Of a stretch of DNA of 64,000 nucleotides, positions 19,401 to 36,734 are shown in pieces. The stretch's first letter is position 1. Each line of letters begins with the position of its first letter. The stretch spans positions 16,244,001-16,308,000 of the forward strand of contig CM022672.1 of NCBI GenBank assembly GCA_012295275.1. The letters are read 5' to 3'. A program made the translations under genes and the position numbers. The DNA is from Chrysomallon squamiferum (taxonomy: Eukaryota; Animalia; Mollusca). The notes beneath the pieces were generated by a model. It saw only the letters and a list, made by a program, of their open reading frames with translations, was not told where the DNA came from and did not search any database.

Positions 19401-21929
19401 TGATTTAATGGAATGTAATACAATAATATTATAAAATTATCTTAAAAAATTAAACCTAGGCCATTATTCAATCCATTTTATTTAGATATGTGTAATGACT
19501 AACAGTAAAAGTGTAATGAGTAATGGTAACAGTGTAAAGAGTAACAGTAACAGTTTGAGGAATAACAGTAATATTGTAAAGAATAACAGTAACACAGTAA
19601 TGATTAATAGTTTAACTGTAATATGTAAAGTGTAACAATTCCAGTGATAATGGAAAATTGCAAACTGCTAATCAGATTAGCTCATGGTGAGGAGGCACTG
19701 AATTTCCTCTTGTGCAATTTTGACAAAAGAATAATAAATCAAATGAATTAGCCAACTGACACTTACTTGACAGCTTCCAGCCTTTGATTGTTTCTGACAA
19801 GTTCAATAAATTCCTGCCTTCTCACTTTGAACTCCAGTGTACTCTGAAACATGTCACACATAAGTAACAATTAAATCATGTTACAAAACAATTTTTTTTG
19901 AAAAAGCATGAATGGTTTCTGATAGAATTAAAATAAAATAAGTGAAAAAAGAACAAACAACAACAACAACAGACAAACACACAAACAAATAAACAAAAAT
20001 AAAAAAACAAAAATAAAGTTATAATTAAAAACAATTACATGAACAAAATCAAATGTGTGCATGTACACAACAACCACAATTCACTCTTAAGACAAATAAA
20101 GTATTTATTATTTATAACAAAATTGACTTTCTGACATTGTGTAAACATACCCTCATCTTGCGGAGTTTAGACTTGTTCTCATAACACCAGTTCAAACAGG
20201 GGCCTGTCTCGTGTCTCATTAATGACTCTTCTACCTCCTTGGATGTCAGAAAAAGGTCAATGTTGGTCAAGTCCTGAAATATTAATTAACATTATATATT
20301 TTTTAACAACCAAAAATTAGTTATCTGTATTAAGCATAAACATGGAAACAAACAAAAAAATATTTATATGCACTTTCTGGAAATGGGAAATTATTTACAT
20401 GTATCTTACCTTTTCATATATCATGAAACACTAGGTAGAATAAGGGTACATATTAAATGGATACTTCAACAGAACTGTTCCTGGAACCCTCTATTAAACA
20501 GAAGGTGGTGTAATGACGTACCTCTATTTCTGAATGGGTGGCCAGTTTGAGAGCTGTATTGTAATAGCCTGCTTGAAGGAAAAATTCAACCAACATTCTG
20601 TCAAGACGTTTTTTATTCCAGAGAGGTTTGGCTCCTGGAGGCAGATGTTCTGCTTCCTTCAGATGTTCCACTCGTTTCTTGATGACTTTGGCAGCATCCA
20701 GTTCATCCTGAACACTTTCATCAGCCTAAATGATTTTTAAAATTAAAGTTAAAAAAAAAATAAAAACATTTTGTTTTAAAAAGTGATCTTATACAAAAAA
20801 AAAAAAAAAAATTGTTTTGTAAAACATTTTTGAAAATTAAAAAAACAGAACAAAAAACTGAATATCTTTACAAATGGATTAACAATTACAAACAGAAATA
20901 TTTTTCTCAAATATGTTAAACAATTCAGGTAATATCAATGATAGATGTCTTAAACATAAACTATTTCTTAAGGAAGAAAAATGTTTTTTCATTTTTATCA
21001 GAATGAAACATTCTGATCTTCAAATTTCATAGCTACAAGCCAGTTCCATTTATTAGAAAATTTTATATCCAAGTCACAAACGAACATCAAACATTTGGTC
21101 AATACCTTTCTCTTAAGGATAGTCAGTTTCTCCACCATGTTGTCAATTGCTTTGGTCACCTCACCAAGGGACACTGGCTTTTGGAGACACTGTTCTACAT
21201 CAGCACCACTGTTGTGGACATGGGCTACTTCTCGGTCTATACCTTTCTGGGCAGAACGAAAACGTTTATTCAGCACCTCATATGGGACCTAAATAAAAGG
21301 AATATAAAAAAATAATAAAATATTTATACATTAGCAGAACTTAAGAAATTCTGCATGAAAATAAATACCTATGGCATCTGGAGCAATTGATGTAAAAAAA
21401 AATAAAAAAAATAAAAAAATAAAAATTCAAATGGATATAAAAACTCTCTTCAGTCATAGTTTTTCTTGAGTAAATCAGTACTAATATGCAGCTGAGCACA
21501 AGCATCCTTTAACCAACATCACAGTAGTTCACTTTAATAATTGTAAAGGCATTAATGCTATTCCTAAGCAATAAAATTAGCATAACAGTCTCAGTGTGAT
21601 ACAGTCAGTTTTATGTGACCCTTCAGATTACATTTAATGATTTCTTCTCAAAATGGTGGTTATGAATTATTTCTATTTCAGTACTTTTAGACTTGTATCA
21701 TACATGTGAAATATAGTCATGGTTTTTATCCAGTTTATTTAAATAAAATAATGAAGAAACATCACCACTGTTAAATTTAAGCAGGAAGCAGGTTTAAACA
21801 ATTGGCATTTTGAGTTCTTTAGAATTCATCTATATTAATAAAATAAATAAATATTTGCATGTTAAAAAAATTGATAATAAAAAGATATGAAAACCATTTA
21901 CAGTATACTTTCATTTAAAAAACCTCAGC

Positions 21930-21963
<34 letters not shown>

Positions 21964-22429
21964 AGAAATACAATGAAATAATAATAATAATCAGACAAAT
22001 AAATTAACTTTCATTAGTTTCAACATTTCTTCTTTTTTTTCGATTCGGTGCTCGACAAGAATATAATGACTATTGGCATTGTAAACAAATTCATCATTTG
22101 ATATAGAATAATAATTCTATTCAGTTATTTGGCTAAACAATCGAACGATGCAAACCAAAACGACATCAGAAGTAATCATCCGTCTATACTGTAGACTGTA
22201 GTGTAGGTCTCACTGACTCGAGTTAAATCAGTCAGACAACTTTTGCCTTAGTCAAAAAAATGCATTTAACGTCAACACCGAAACGAATCCGATACAAATT
22301 TCATTTATTAATTTATAGTTAGAAGTATTAACCACACTGCAATCGATTCAGACGTATAACAGAATACTAATATTGTATATAAAAAATAACCTTTAGTGTC
22401 GGATGTTCCAATGACTTGACATCAGCCAT
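16446..22429 (-). CDS. MAEA: MAEA / GID9 (macrophage erythroblast attacher; CTLH E3 ligase subunit), 9 exons, 388 aa
   Basis: Exons: 22391-22429 ([13 protein letters not shown]), 21106-21288 ([21 protein letters not shown]...), 20522-20725 (LisH region: [23 protein letters not shown]), 20151-20273 (CTLH: ...[16 protein letters not shown]), 19767-19843, 19006-19114, 18273-18406 (...[11 protein letters not shown]), 17074-17269 (HCY...CPVCS...[13 protein letters not shown]...[12 protein letters not shown]), 16446-16547 (...IICPRTRE...KVYVM*). Frame is continuous. Confidence 0.96.
17270..18272 (-). other. U12-type (minor spliceosome) GT-AG intron in MAEA
   Basis: 5' end GTATCCTTT. 3' end TGACCTTAACGAATGCCAG, with a CCTTAAC branch about 10 nt from the AG and no polypyrimidine tract. 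Splicing restores KTP|HCY. Confidence 0.93.
19495..19640. repeat. Degenerate ~20-bp minisatellite (AACAGTAACAGTGTAAAGAGT-like) in a MAEA intron
   Basis: Recurrent AGTAACAGT / TGTAA motifs at roughly 20-bp spacing. Confidence 0.6.
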
Positions 22430-23345
22430 GATTGTTTTCATACAGAAAACTGTCGATGTGCATTGTAAATGTTCGTGTATTTCCGTAAACAGATGTGTTT
22501 TTTCCGGCAACGAATTCGGACATCAATATTTTTTTCCTTCCCTTCCTCCGCTAATACGTGAAAAATCTAAGTCATATTATATCATTCAACAATTAAACTA
22601 TGCTTGCTTTTAGATCATCACTATAACTTGAAATGATGGAATAAACTGATTTTTTTTTTTTTAAATAACAAAACTAATGCTTCTATAATTATACCATTTT
22701 TTTTCTTTTCTTTTTAATGATAATGTATCATATTAATGTTTCTTTAAAACACTTTAAAACAAGCACAGTACTATTCAAGCTCAGCATAGGCAGGTATATT
22801 AACTGTTTAGCAGCTACCCTGAATGCAGTCATTTACGGATATATAAAGTTAGTTGATATTTTGATTTATAATTATTTTATAAAATGTTGGAATGAGTGGA
22901 TAAAAAATTTCATTTACAATTCTTTATTATTATTATGTTTAGTAATTGCAATTTATAAAATATTTTTATAATGCTGGAAGAATTTGTTTTCTGAAATGTT
23001 CAACGAAAAATCCCGAGCTAATACGAGTTCTGAAAGTTTGTGAATGAATCGCGACCTCTGTCGACGAGATTGTGATATCGTGAGATTTGGCGAGAGCACG
23101 CGCCATTTACCGCTTTGAGTGCAAAGGCAAGTAGCAAGTTTTGAAAAAAAAATGTTTATTTACTTGTTTATTTGAAAATTATATTAATATATACCCCGTT
23201 TTTTGAAAGACCAATCTATAATGCACCAGGCTACAAAATTGTGAATCTGTATAAAAATGCTCTGCTGATAAGTTAGCGCGTATTTTTATGGCTAACATCG
23301 CGTGGTAAAATTCTGGGTTTGTCTTTGTCTAACGAAGGTGAGGTA
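22430..23345. promoter_or_regulatory. Probable bidirectional promoter region for MAEA and CtBP, with a candidate non-coding first exon of CtBP
   Basis: MAEA ATG at 22429 on the minus strand. CpG-richer patch at 23010-23110 with a YY1-like CGCCATTT (23101) and an ETS-like TTCCGG (22502). Plus-strand donor candidates: AAG|GCAAGT (~23126) and GAAG|GTGAGG (~23337). No TSS is directly observable. Confidence 0.55.
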
Positions 23346-24868
23346 CGGCTCTTTTGAGTGGACAGGCCGAAACATTTACAAAATATTTTCTTTTATATTT
23401 ACTCGAACGATTGATATAATTTTATTAACGTAGAAATATATTTTTAATTATTTTAATGCTCCTTGCACCTGCGGGGTGGGGGGATAAACTTCATTAACAA
23501 AATTAAAATTAGGTCATTCAAAAAGTGTTGGTCTAAAACTAGTAAAATGCTTTAATAATGTGTTTTCACACTTGGGCTTACAAGCAGTTTTAGTTTTTAT
23601 ACAATTAAAACATGTTTTCATTCAGTAGACATGTACAATTTATCGTTTTCTCCACAATTTCTTACGAGACTGGGGAACAAAGTTAAGTAATACAGTTAAC
23701 TTAAGTGTATAAGTTATAACAAGTTGGGATATGCAAATTAGCCCCGAAATGTGTCAGATGTTTGGCTCAAAGTCTTGTTTTATGTTACATGTGTCTTGAT
23801 ATCTTCCTTGCCCGTGATGCTTTGCAGACGTTAAATTGCAGCAGTTAAGCAGTGCTGTATCAAATATAAAATAAGATAATAAATATTTCAAATCATAAAT
23901 AAATAAATAATAATATAGCCATGTCAAAAAGATCATTAAACAGAATTTCATTGTCATTCACACATTAAAACTATTTATAATTTTACTTGATTTCATTAAA
24001 CATCCCTCTAATGTGTTCATTGCAAAAATGTGTTATGCAGAAAACAAATCTGAGAGTTTATCCACTGACTTATAATAGAATCTTGTTCAAATTTATTTTT
24101 AAGTGGGTGTTTATATTCATACAAGTTTACCTTTAGTCATAAACTGATTAAAAATAAATGTCCTAAGCTACCCCTCCACATCTCTGTTTTACGAACATTA
24201 TCAACTGGTCATTTTTATTGATATGTATTTTGTAATGTTAGAAGTGATAATAAAACTTGGATTGGTATGCAGTTGAAATGTCTAATGTTCTTCTTGATGT
24301 AGCCTTTCAGTATTTTAACATTCAAAATTAATATCCAGTGACTTAAAAAACCCCACCAAAAACAAAAATCTAAAGAGAACCTCAGATTTGCAGACAGGCT
24401 TTGGATTTTACCTCAGCATGACACACATTTCTTGATAATTTTTTTATACTGTTTTGTGCTTCAACTTCCATAAGCAGAACAGTTCTCATTTTCTTGAGGC
24501 AGCATCAGATTCAAAGTCTTGTTTTGGTACATTAGTTGTCCATGGGAGCTGATCATAATCACTATTCATAGTGACATTTTAAAAGTGTTTAAACCTGATA
24601 GTTTTTACAAGTTTATGGAAACATCATTCGCTTTATTGTCTAGTATGTAATTGAGTTTAGCACACAGTTTGTTTTCAGATATTTGATACCCTGCAAATGT
24701 TCATTTAAATAGGCCGTGAAGTGGCTTTAATGTCCTTGAATAATTGTTGTAAATAGAAAAACCAATACATTTGGGTTCTATTAACCATTAATGCTGAAAT
24801 GTTTTAAAATGTTATTAATGATTCAATAGATTGACAACAGTTGATTATTTATATATTTTTTTCACAGA

Positions 24869-24985
24869 TTTTTTTTTTTTAAAAAGTCATGTTGATTTTG
24901 CCAAATGTGACAACTGAGCTGTGGCTCTCTCGTTCATCCTGACAAGACCAAACGACATCGCTGATTTCATCTGACTTGTTTCAGG
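24869..24985 (+). other. Candidate non-coding 5'UTR exon of CtBP
   Basis: Bounded by a TTTTTTCACAG acceptor and a CAG|GTAGGC donor. An in-frame stop precedes the CtBP frame. Confidence 0.4.
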
Positions 24986-25109
24986 TAGGCAACATTTTAT
25001 AGCACTATCAGTTTTCACTTACTATATTGTTACCCTGTGATACCTCCTACAACATAGTGATTTGTCAAGTAGGATTTATTAATGAAAATGACTTGACAAA
25101 TTGTCTCAT

Positions 25110-25760
25110 TAGCTACTGAATATCTCTTGAAATTCTGCTTACCCTAACCCTAACAGTAAAACAATTTTAATAGTACATTTAATTTTGGGGAATTAAAAAA
25201 CAATATGATTTTACTTTAAAATGTATAAAAGGAAATGAAATAAGAAAAAGGAAACAGATTAGCTTCTGTTTGAAAATGTTATTTATTATCACCAAAGGTT
25301 GGTGACTAATAATCTTGAATGCTTTTTAGCTGAAGAATACAGTGTTTAATTTTTTTTTAGTTTTCTAGTTTTTAAAAAAACTTTGTATCATTTCAGATCG
25401 TTGAAAGTGTGTTCTAATTCACCTCGTTAGCCATAAATTAATTATATTTGAACAATAATATGAAAACATAAATATCACACATTGAGATGTTTAAGTGGAA
25501 CAGCTTGAGTATCAGCTCACAAATGTTAGCATTATGCAACTTTCATGTTACCTTATTTCATTTTGTTATAAACACCAAAAAAATGCATAGAAAGCCTAAC
25601 TTGAAGATAATTCTCCTTTGGTTCATAAAATGTTTCCTAAAATAGTTTGCAAAGTGTTGTTTCTGAATGTTTTTTAATTGCCCAAAATTAAATGTACTAT
25701 CAAAATTGTTTTACTGTTAGGGTTAGGGTAAGCAGAATGTCAAGAACTATTCTGTGGCCA
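25110..25760. mobile_element. MITE-like non-autonomous element with ~90-bp terminal inverted repeats
   Basis: 25110-25202 (...ATTCTGCTTACCCTAACCCTAACAGTAAAACAATTTTAATAGTACATTTAATTTTGGGGAATTAAAAAACA) is the near-perfect reverse complement of 25668-25760. Interior is non-coding. No clear target-site duplication. Confidence 0.75.
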
Positions 25761-28353
25761 TGATGAATGTAGACATTTTATGTTTTCTTTACCTAATTAA
25801 TAGTTATTTATGTGCAAAAAGGGTAGAAAGCCATAAATATTTCTGAACAGCTACAAATACTTTGAACACAGTTAAGCTACTTTGTAGAATTAATCATCAA
25901 AAGGCAGATAATTTAAAGATTTTGCAAAGTATTCATCATATTATTTTAAAATCATGTTATTCTCAATATGTTTGTGTACCACAACTGACAAACAAAAAAC
26001 AAGAAAAGCAAACAAACTTCTTGGGTAGTATAGGTACTGCTGGTTGAAAACCAATGCTTTGAATAATGAATGAGTTTTTACAGTGTTGCACAATGATGTC
26101 ACACTGATGTTACACACAGTTCTTTATTCATTCAAGTTTTTTTACAAGAACAAAATTTAAAGCAGCCAAAGAAAATGTGTTTTTGATGATTTTGTTAAAA
26201 TATTCTAAACACAAGAATGAGGTACATTAAAGTTAAATTGGTATACAGTGTTGTATAAAAACAAAATAAGGTGGATAGCACCATACATTAATTTCGGCTC
26301 CTTCCCTCCTTAATGCATGGGTAAAGTTTAATTAAATACAAAAGTATGTTTATAACAGATAATATTGCTTCTAGATGTTTAAATGTGGCAAAACAAGGAT
26401 AGTTTAAAAAAAAAATGTTGTTACATAATGTGTTTTTTTTCTCCAATGCTGTGACATAAATGTTAAAAATATTGAATTTAAAATGAAGTTCAGGTTTTGA
26501 AATTTTTCTCACTAAAAACAGCCACAAATATGCAGTCTGTTACTTTGTCAGTTTGTCCATTATGCAAAGCAGGTTTATACAAGTCAATATTGCAGAAAGA
26601 AACTGACTTGTATATTATTAAGCCTGCAACCTTTTTTATTTTTTTTGAAAAATTGTGTGTTTGTTTGTATCATGTGGAAATAGAACATTTTGGCTGCTTC
26701 TTCGTATTAATCTGAAGTCTAATCATGCAAAATCAGATGCGAATTATAGTATAAACAAGGTGGTTTTCAAAAACACAGTATTCCTTGTTTTTTTATTGCA
26801 GATAACTGGTTAATTTTCAGTAGATGAGAACAATTCTCAACCTTTTACTATTGCAGACTCTGAGTAATCTTCAACTTAATATGTAAATGGAAAAATATGT
26901 ATTAAATTGTTTTTTTTTTTTTTTTTTTTTATATCTTTTGTGAAATCCTGGGTCACTGAGGAATACAGTTGGATAAGAAAATGTTTTCCATCACAGTGCA
27001 TTACATCAAGAAAGTGTAGTGTATAATAGTAAACATTATCTGGTCTGAAAACTGAAAAACTTTATACCATTTTTCCATTTATTTTTAGCAGTCACTGTTT
27101 GAATTCATGATCAGTTAAAAATTGAAATGATGCCACCTTGAAAATAGCTAAACAAAACAATAATTCCATTTTGTTCATTTGTTATTCAAATATTGTCGAA
27201 ACAGTTCTGTGTCATCAGTCAGTTAGCATTTAATCATCCAGTCAATTGCATATACTATATTTTTTTTATATTTTTTAATAAATAAATAAAAAGTATGTTA
27301 ATATTAACTCTAACATAGCTGGAATGCTAATTAGAAAGTTGTATTTCATTTGTTGAGAAATATAGGATGAATTAATATCTTTAGAGTTAAATCTTTGTTT
27401 CTGGGAAGGGTATTTTTATCAGTTTTGAAAATCTAGTTTGGTGAAAAACTACCCGATCCAAAATGAAAAATAAAATGAGGCTAACAAAAGTTGACAACTG
27501 GCTGCATAAATGCTTGAAGTGCAAAGACAAATTTATTGATTTATATAAAAAATATATTAAAAACAAAAATCAGAAGAAAAATATTATCTTTTTATAAACA
27601 TTTTGTTAGGTACTTGTAATCGGTTGATGATGGATTATAAAACTGTATTCATTATCATGTATTAATTTAGTTATTTATTACCAGAGTGTTTATCATCATA
27701 TAGCAGAAATTTGAACTACAGTAGTAGACAGTTACACTGGACTGATTAAAAATAGGTTCAGTACATCAGAGATTGTTAAAAAAACCTTGGTGTATTGAAG
27801 TGGTTTCTACTGCAGGATTGAGAATTAAAATGAAATGAAAATGTCCTGCTGAGCTATCTGCTGTTCAGGTTGAACAGAATGTTCATGCATGACTGTGACT
27901 ACACTGAGGCAATGCCAAAATTGATGAATTGTTGTTTTTAATTTCAATTTTTTTTTTTTAATAAAATTTTTTATTTAAAAAATATAAAATATAAATCTCT
28001 ATTCTGATAGAAACATTAGCCACTGAACCAGGAAAAAAATGTCAGGAAATGTCTAGAATTGGGGATTTTGTGTCTTTCAAGTCAGACCCCTTGATCAAAT
28101 TTTTAAAGTGTTTTTGCCAAATTTCAAAAAGAGTTTAGTTATGGCTATGACTTGTATTAAGAAAACAAAATGGGATAAACAAGGCATATAATTACATTTT
28201 TAGCTTTATGCCTATTATTTTGTATATCTCACCAGTTTGACCAAATAAGAATTATTATTATATTATTTTTTAACCTATAATGTTCTGTGAACAGGAAATA
28301 ATTTTGTAACTGTTGAAAAAAAAAAATATGTTGATTTCATATTATTTGGTTCA

Positions 28354-28430
28354 GGGCCAAGCTGTAGATCAGTGGTCAGAACACAATGCTTGTATCTGAT
28401 AGGTTGTAGGATCAGTACTTGGCAAACCCG
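28354..28430 (+). mobile_element. Possible degenerate tRNA-derived SINE head
   Basis: A-box-like TAGATCAGTGG (28365) and B-box-like GGATCAGTAC (28409) at tRNA-like spacing. No intact cloverleaf. Confidence 0.3.
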
Positions 28431-28560
28431 CTAAGTCATTTCTATCCAAGTCTGCTCTGTCTATGCCTGTAAACTGTATCAAACACTTTGACCTGGGATC
28501 TAAAACTGAAGGAAAGAAAACGGCCATCACGTACTTGAGAAGTGCTGTGGATCACGAATA

Positions 28561-28630
28561 AGGGTGTGGAATGGGGAGCTGAAGGTGTGGAATGGGGAGT
28601 TGAGGGTGTGGAATGGGGAGTTGAGGGTGG
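28561..28630. repeat. G-rich 21-bp tandem repeat (AGGGTGTGGAATGGGGAGTTG), about 3.3 copies
   Basis: Directly visible, in the CtBP 5' intron. Confidence 0.9.
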
Positions 28631-29203
28631 TACAGTTTTCAGGAGTTACACAGCAAAGCTGATACGTTAAACTGAATATTAGATCTAAATTTCTGGAATA
28701 TAGGAAACCTGTGGAAGTTCCATGTCGGTGTTACATGCAAACAAAGGGATAATCGAAAGCCTCGTAAAGTCAGTCTGTGCCACATGACCTCCGATTTGGA
28801 CTGACATATATTAAACATACCCTAATCCATAAATACCAAGCACACCCTCCCCCAAATTACTGTGTTGCAGCACTGTGCAGTGTTTGCTTCAATAAAACTA
28901 ATTTAATAACAGTCAAAAGCATTACATAAATTAAATAGTTTTCATTTTTTTTATTTGATCTAGCTTAGAATGTTCATGTGTGTGTATTGTTCATATGTAC
29001 TGAATGTCTGTTCAGATGTGCATGTCTGTTGTACTTTTATTTTATTTTCTATTTTGTTATTATAACATTTTTTTAAAATATATATATTTTTTTTTTCCAG
29101 GTTGAATTTTTATTTTAGTTGTTTATCGCCTGACTTAACGGTGGATCTTGCCAGCAACATACCCCTGGGTTATACCCTGCCCTCTGGCTTGGTCCCCCCT
29201 CTG

Positions 29204-34310
<5,107 letters not shown>

Positions 34311-36695
34311 GAGACGAAAAGCAGACAACAACAACAGAGTGATTGTGTTTTCACTAACCAAAAAAAAAAAAAAAAATAATAATAATAATAAATTTAAACA
34401 ACAACAACAACAACAACTTGAAGACCACATTACAAAAAAAAAAGTCGAAGAATTCAATTTGGTGTTTAACAGACTATCTTTTCACCACTGCTTTCTACAG
34501 TAGACTTGGCTGGTCTTCTGATGTGGGAGAGTCTAATGTAGTTTGTAGGGGTGATGAGATGGAAAGAGAAGAGAATAAAGACTGGATATTTTTGGGGATG
34601 TTTTATGGACAGAAACTTAGCACAAATTGGTTTACATCTGTGCTTATCTTGGAGGCTTTATGTTGAAGAGTAATTCATATGAAACAATCTTTTTTTATTA
34701 TTTTTTTTTAAATCTTTCTGCTAAGGATTTTTGTGACAATGTGATGTAATAGATTTTCAACATTATGCCGGGAACTATAGTGTACACTTACTACAGAGGT
34801 GGATGCAAAATTGTAGAATGCAGAAAAGGCTGTAACGATTTGCATGGTTGATTTATTTTTTTAACAAAATGTTTCCTCATTTCTTTTATTCATGAACCAC
34901 TAATATTTAGCAGTTTGTATTTAGCTGCAGCTTTCACTAAACCAGTACAATAATTTCTCATGTTAAAGTAATTTGTATAAAATTATTTTGAAAAAATTAC
35001 AAAAAATAGTAAATATGTTTTACATTTATTGTTTTTTTTAATTATCTTTTTACACATTTTGTGTTCTGAAATCTTAGTTTATATTCCAATTTAATTACAG
35101 TTCTGATCTATTTTAATTTAAAACAGAAATAGTATGTTCATTGGAGTAAACAAATTAATATAATTTTTTTAAATCTTGCACCAAACTATTGAAACACTGT
35201 TGCAGAGTAGAGATGGTTTGGTTTTCAGTTTACAAAATATGAAAACGTTTGTTTAAATGCTTATAAAAGTTCACTTGTATGAAGAACATTCTATTTTCTT
35301 AACTTTAATACATAACCTGCATTTGCTGGAGTGAAACTTTATAACAACGTTTCAAAACAATTCAGGAACACTTTTGTCTTTATAACAACTTGATGCATTA
35401 CAATAAAAACATAAAAAAAAACAATCTGTGCATTATATATAATTGTAATCAATTATTAGTTTTTGAAAACATATTTGTTTTTATTTTTATTTTATTTTTT
35501 TATGGAAAAGGACAGATAATGTATACAGTTTTGTTATTCATATCTTAAAAATGTTCACAGATAAAAATTTCAGTGGGAAATGACAGAGGATTAAACTGAA
35601 ATGTCCTTTCAAAGCCGACCTGAAGATATATAATTCACCAGTTTCTGAAAGAAAAACGGACATTTTTATTATCGAGATGGGCAACAACAGTGCCAAGTAG
35701 TTGTTTTGAAAAGAAAAAAAACAAATGTGAGACAGAGAATGTTAAGTCACCTGACATCAAAATGGTTTTCTTTTTGTTGAAAGATAAAGCTAAGTACAAG
35801 CTGCTTGCAAGAAAGGAAAACCATAAACTAAGTGTTGGGTGAGGTAGTATTTTGTTCACAGCAATTACTCCTTTGTGACCGGTTATGGGTGGAAGGACAG
35901 ATGGATGGATGGATGGGAAAAAGGAATGTTAGAAGAATCAATACTTGAAGACCACAGCTTTCTAACATTTATTTTATCCCTAGAGGTTTTGAGCTTCACA
36001 CAAATGGTTGGAGTTGGAATTATTTTAACTGATCTAACGAAAAAGGGGAAAGTAATTGAAAAGCTAGGGCTTACCTAATGCAAGGAGGGTTGTTACTAAT
36101 ACATGTCAGGTAACTGACCAACATGGTAATGGTTACTAATAACATGTAAGAGATTGCACAGCAGATTGTGTACCAAGTGAAGATTGAGACAGAAATATTT
36201 TTATACTAGTAAGGTGTTTGTGTTGAACAGTAAATAACTAATTAAAATTGTTAAATTGTAATTGTTCATGAATTAACAATTAGTTTTGCAAGGTTAAAAA
36301 GTTTCAAGTATTGTGAATTTTCAAACTTTTTATTTACTAATTAAAAAATACAAAGATGATGATAATAATAATAATAATTGGGCAAAAATTAAATTATTAA
36401 CATGTTTTTTTAACAATGATTCAGTCAGTTACAAAACATTTTTGTAAAACATTAAAATTAGGATATCTACTAATGACGTGTGTCTATGTCAAAATTCGGG
36501 CACGTTTTAGTGAAAGTTGTGAAGTTATAAATAATGTACTGAAAATAACCTGCTAGTAACATGCCTAGTAACAAGTTTTAAACTGTTTTCCTAATCAGGA
36601 ATGTGGCATTCATTAGTTTTTAATTATTATTTTTTTTTCAAAAACATTTCATTGTAATATAATCAGCTTGAGAAAAAGATGAGGCAAAGATTGGT

Positions 36696-36734
<39 letters not shown>

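Noticed and set aside
29102-29203. Open frame upstream of the CtBP ATG (possible N-terminal extension)
   Set aside because: No ATG in it, the candidate upstream exon brings an in-frame stop, and MDK...KRxRID matches the usual protostome CtBP start.
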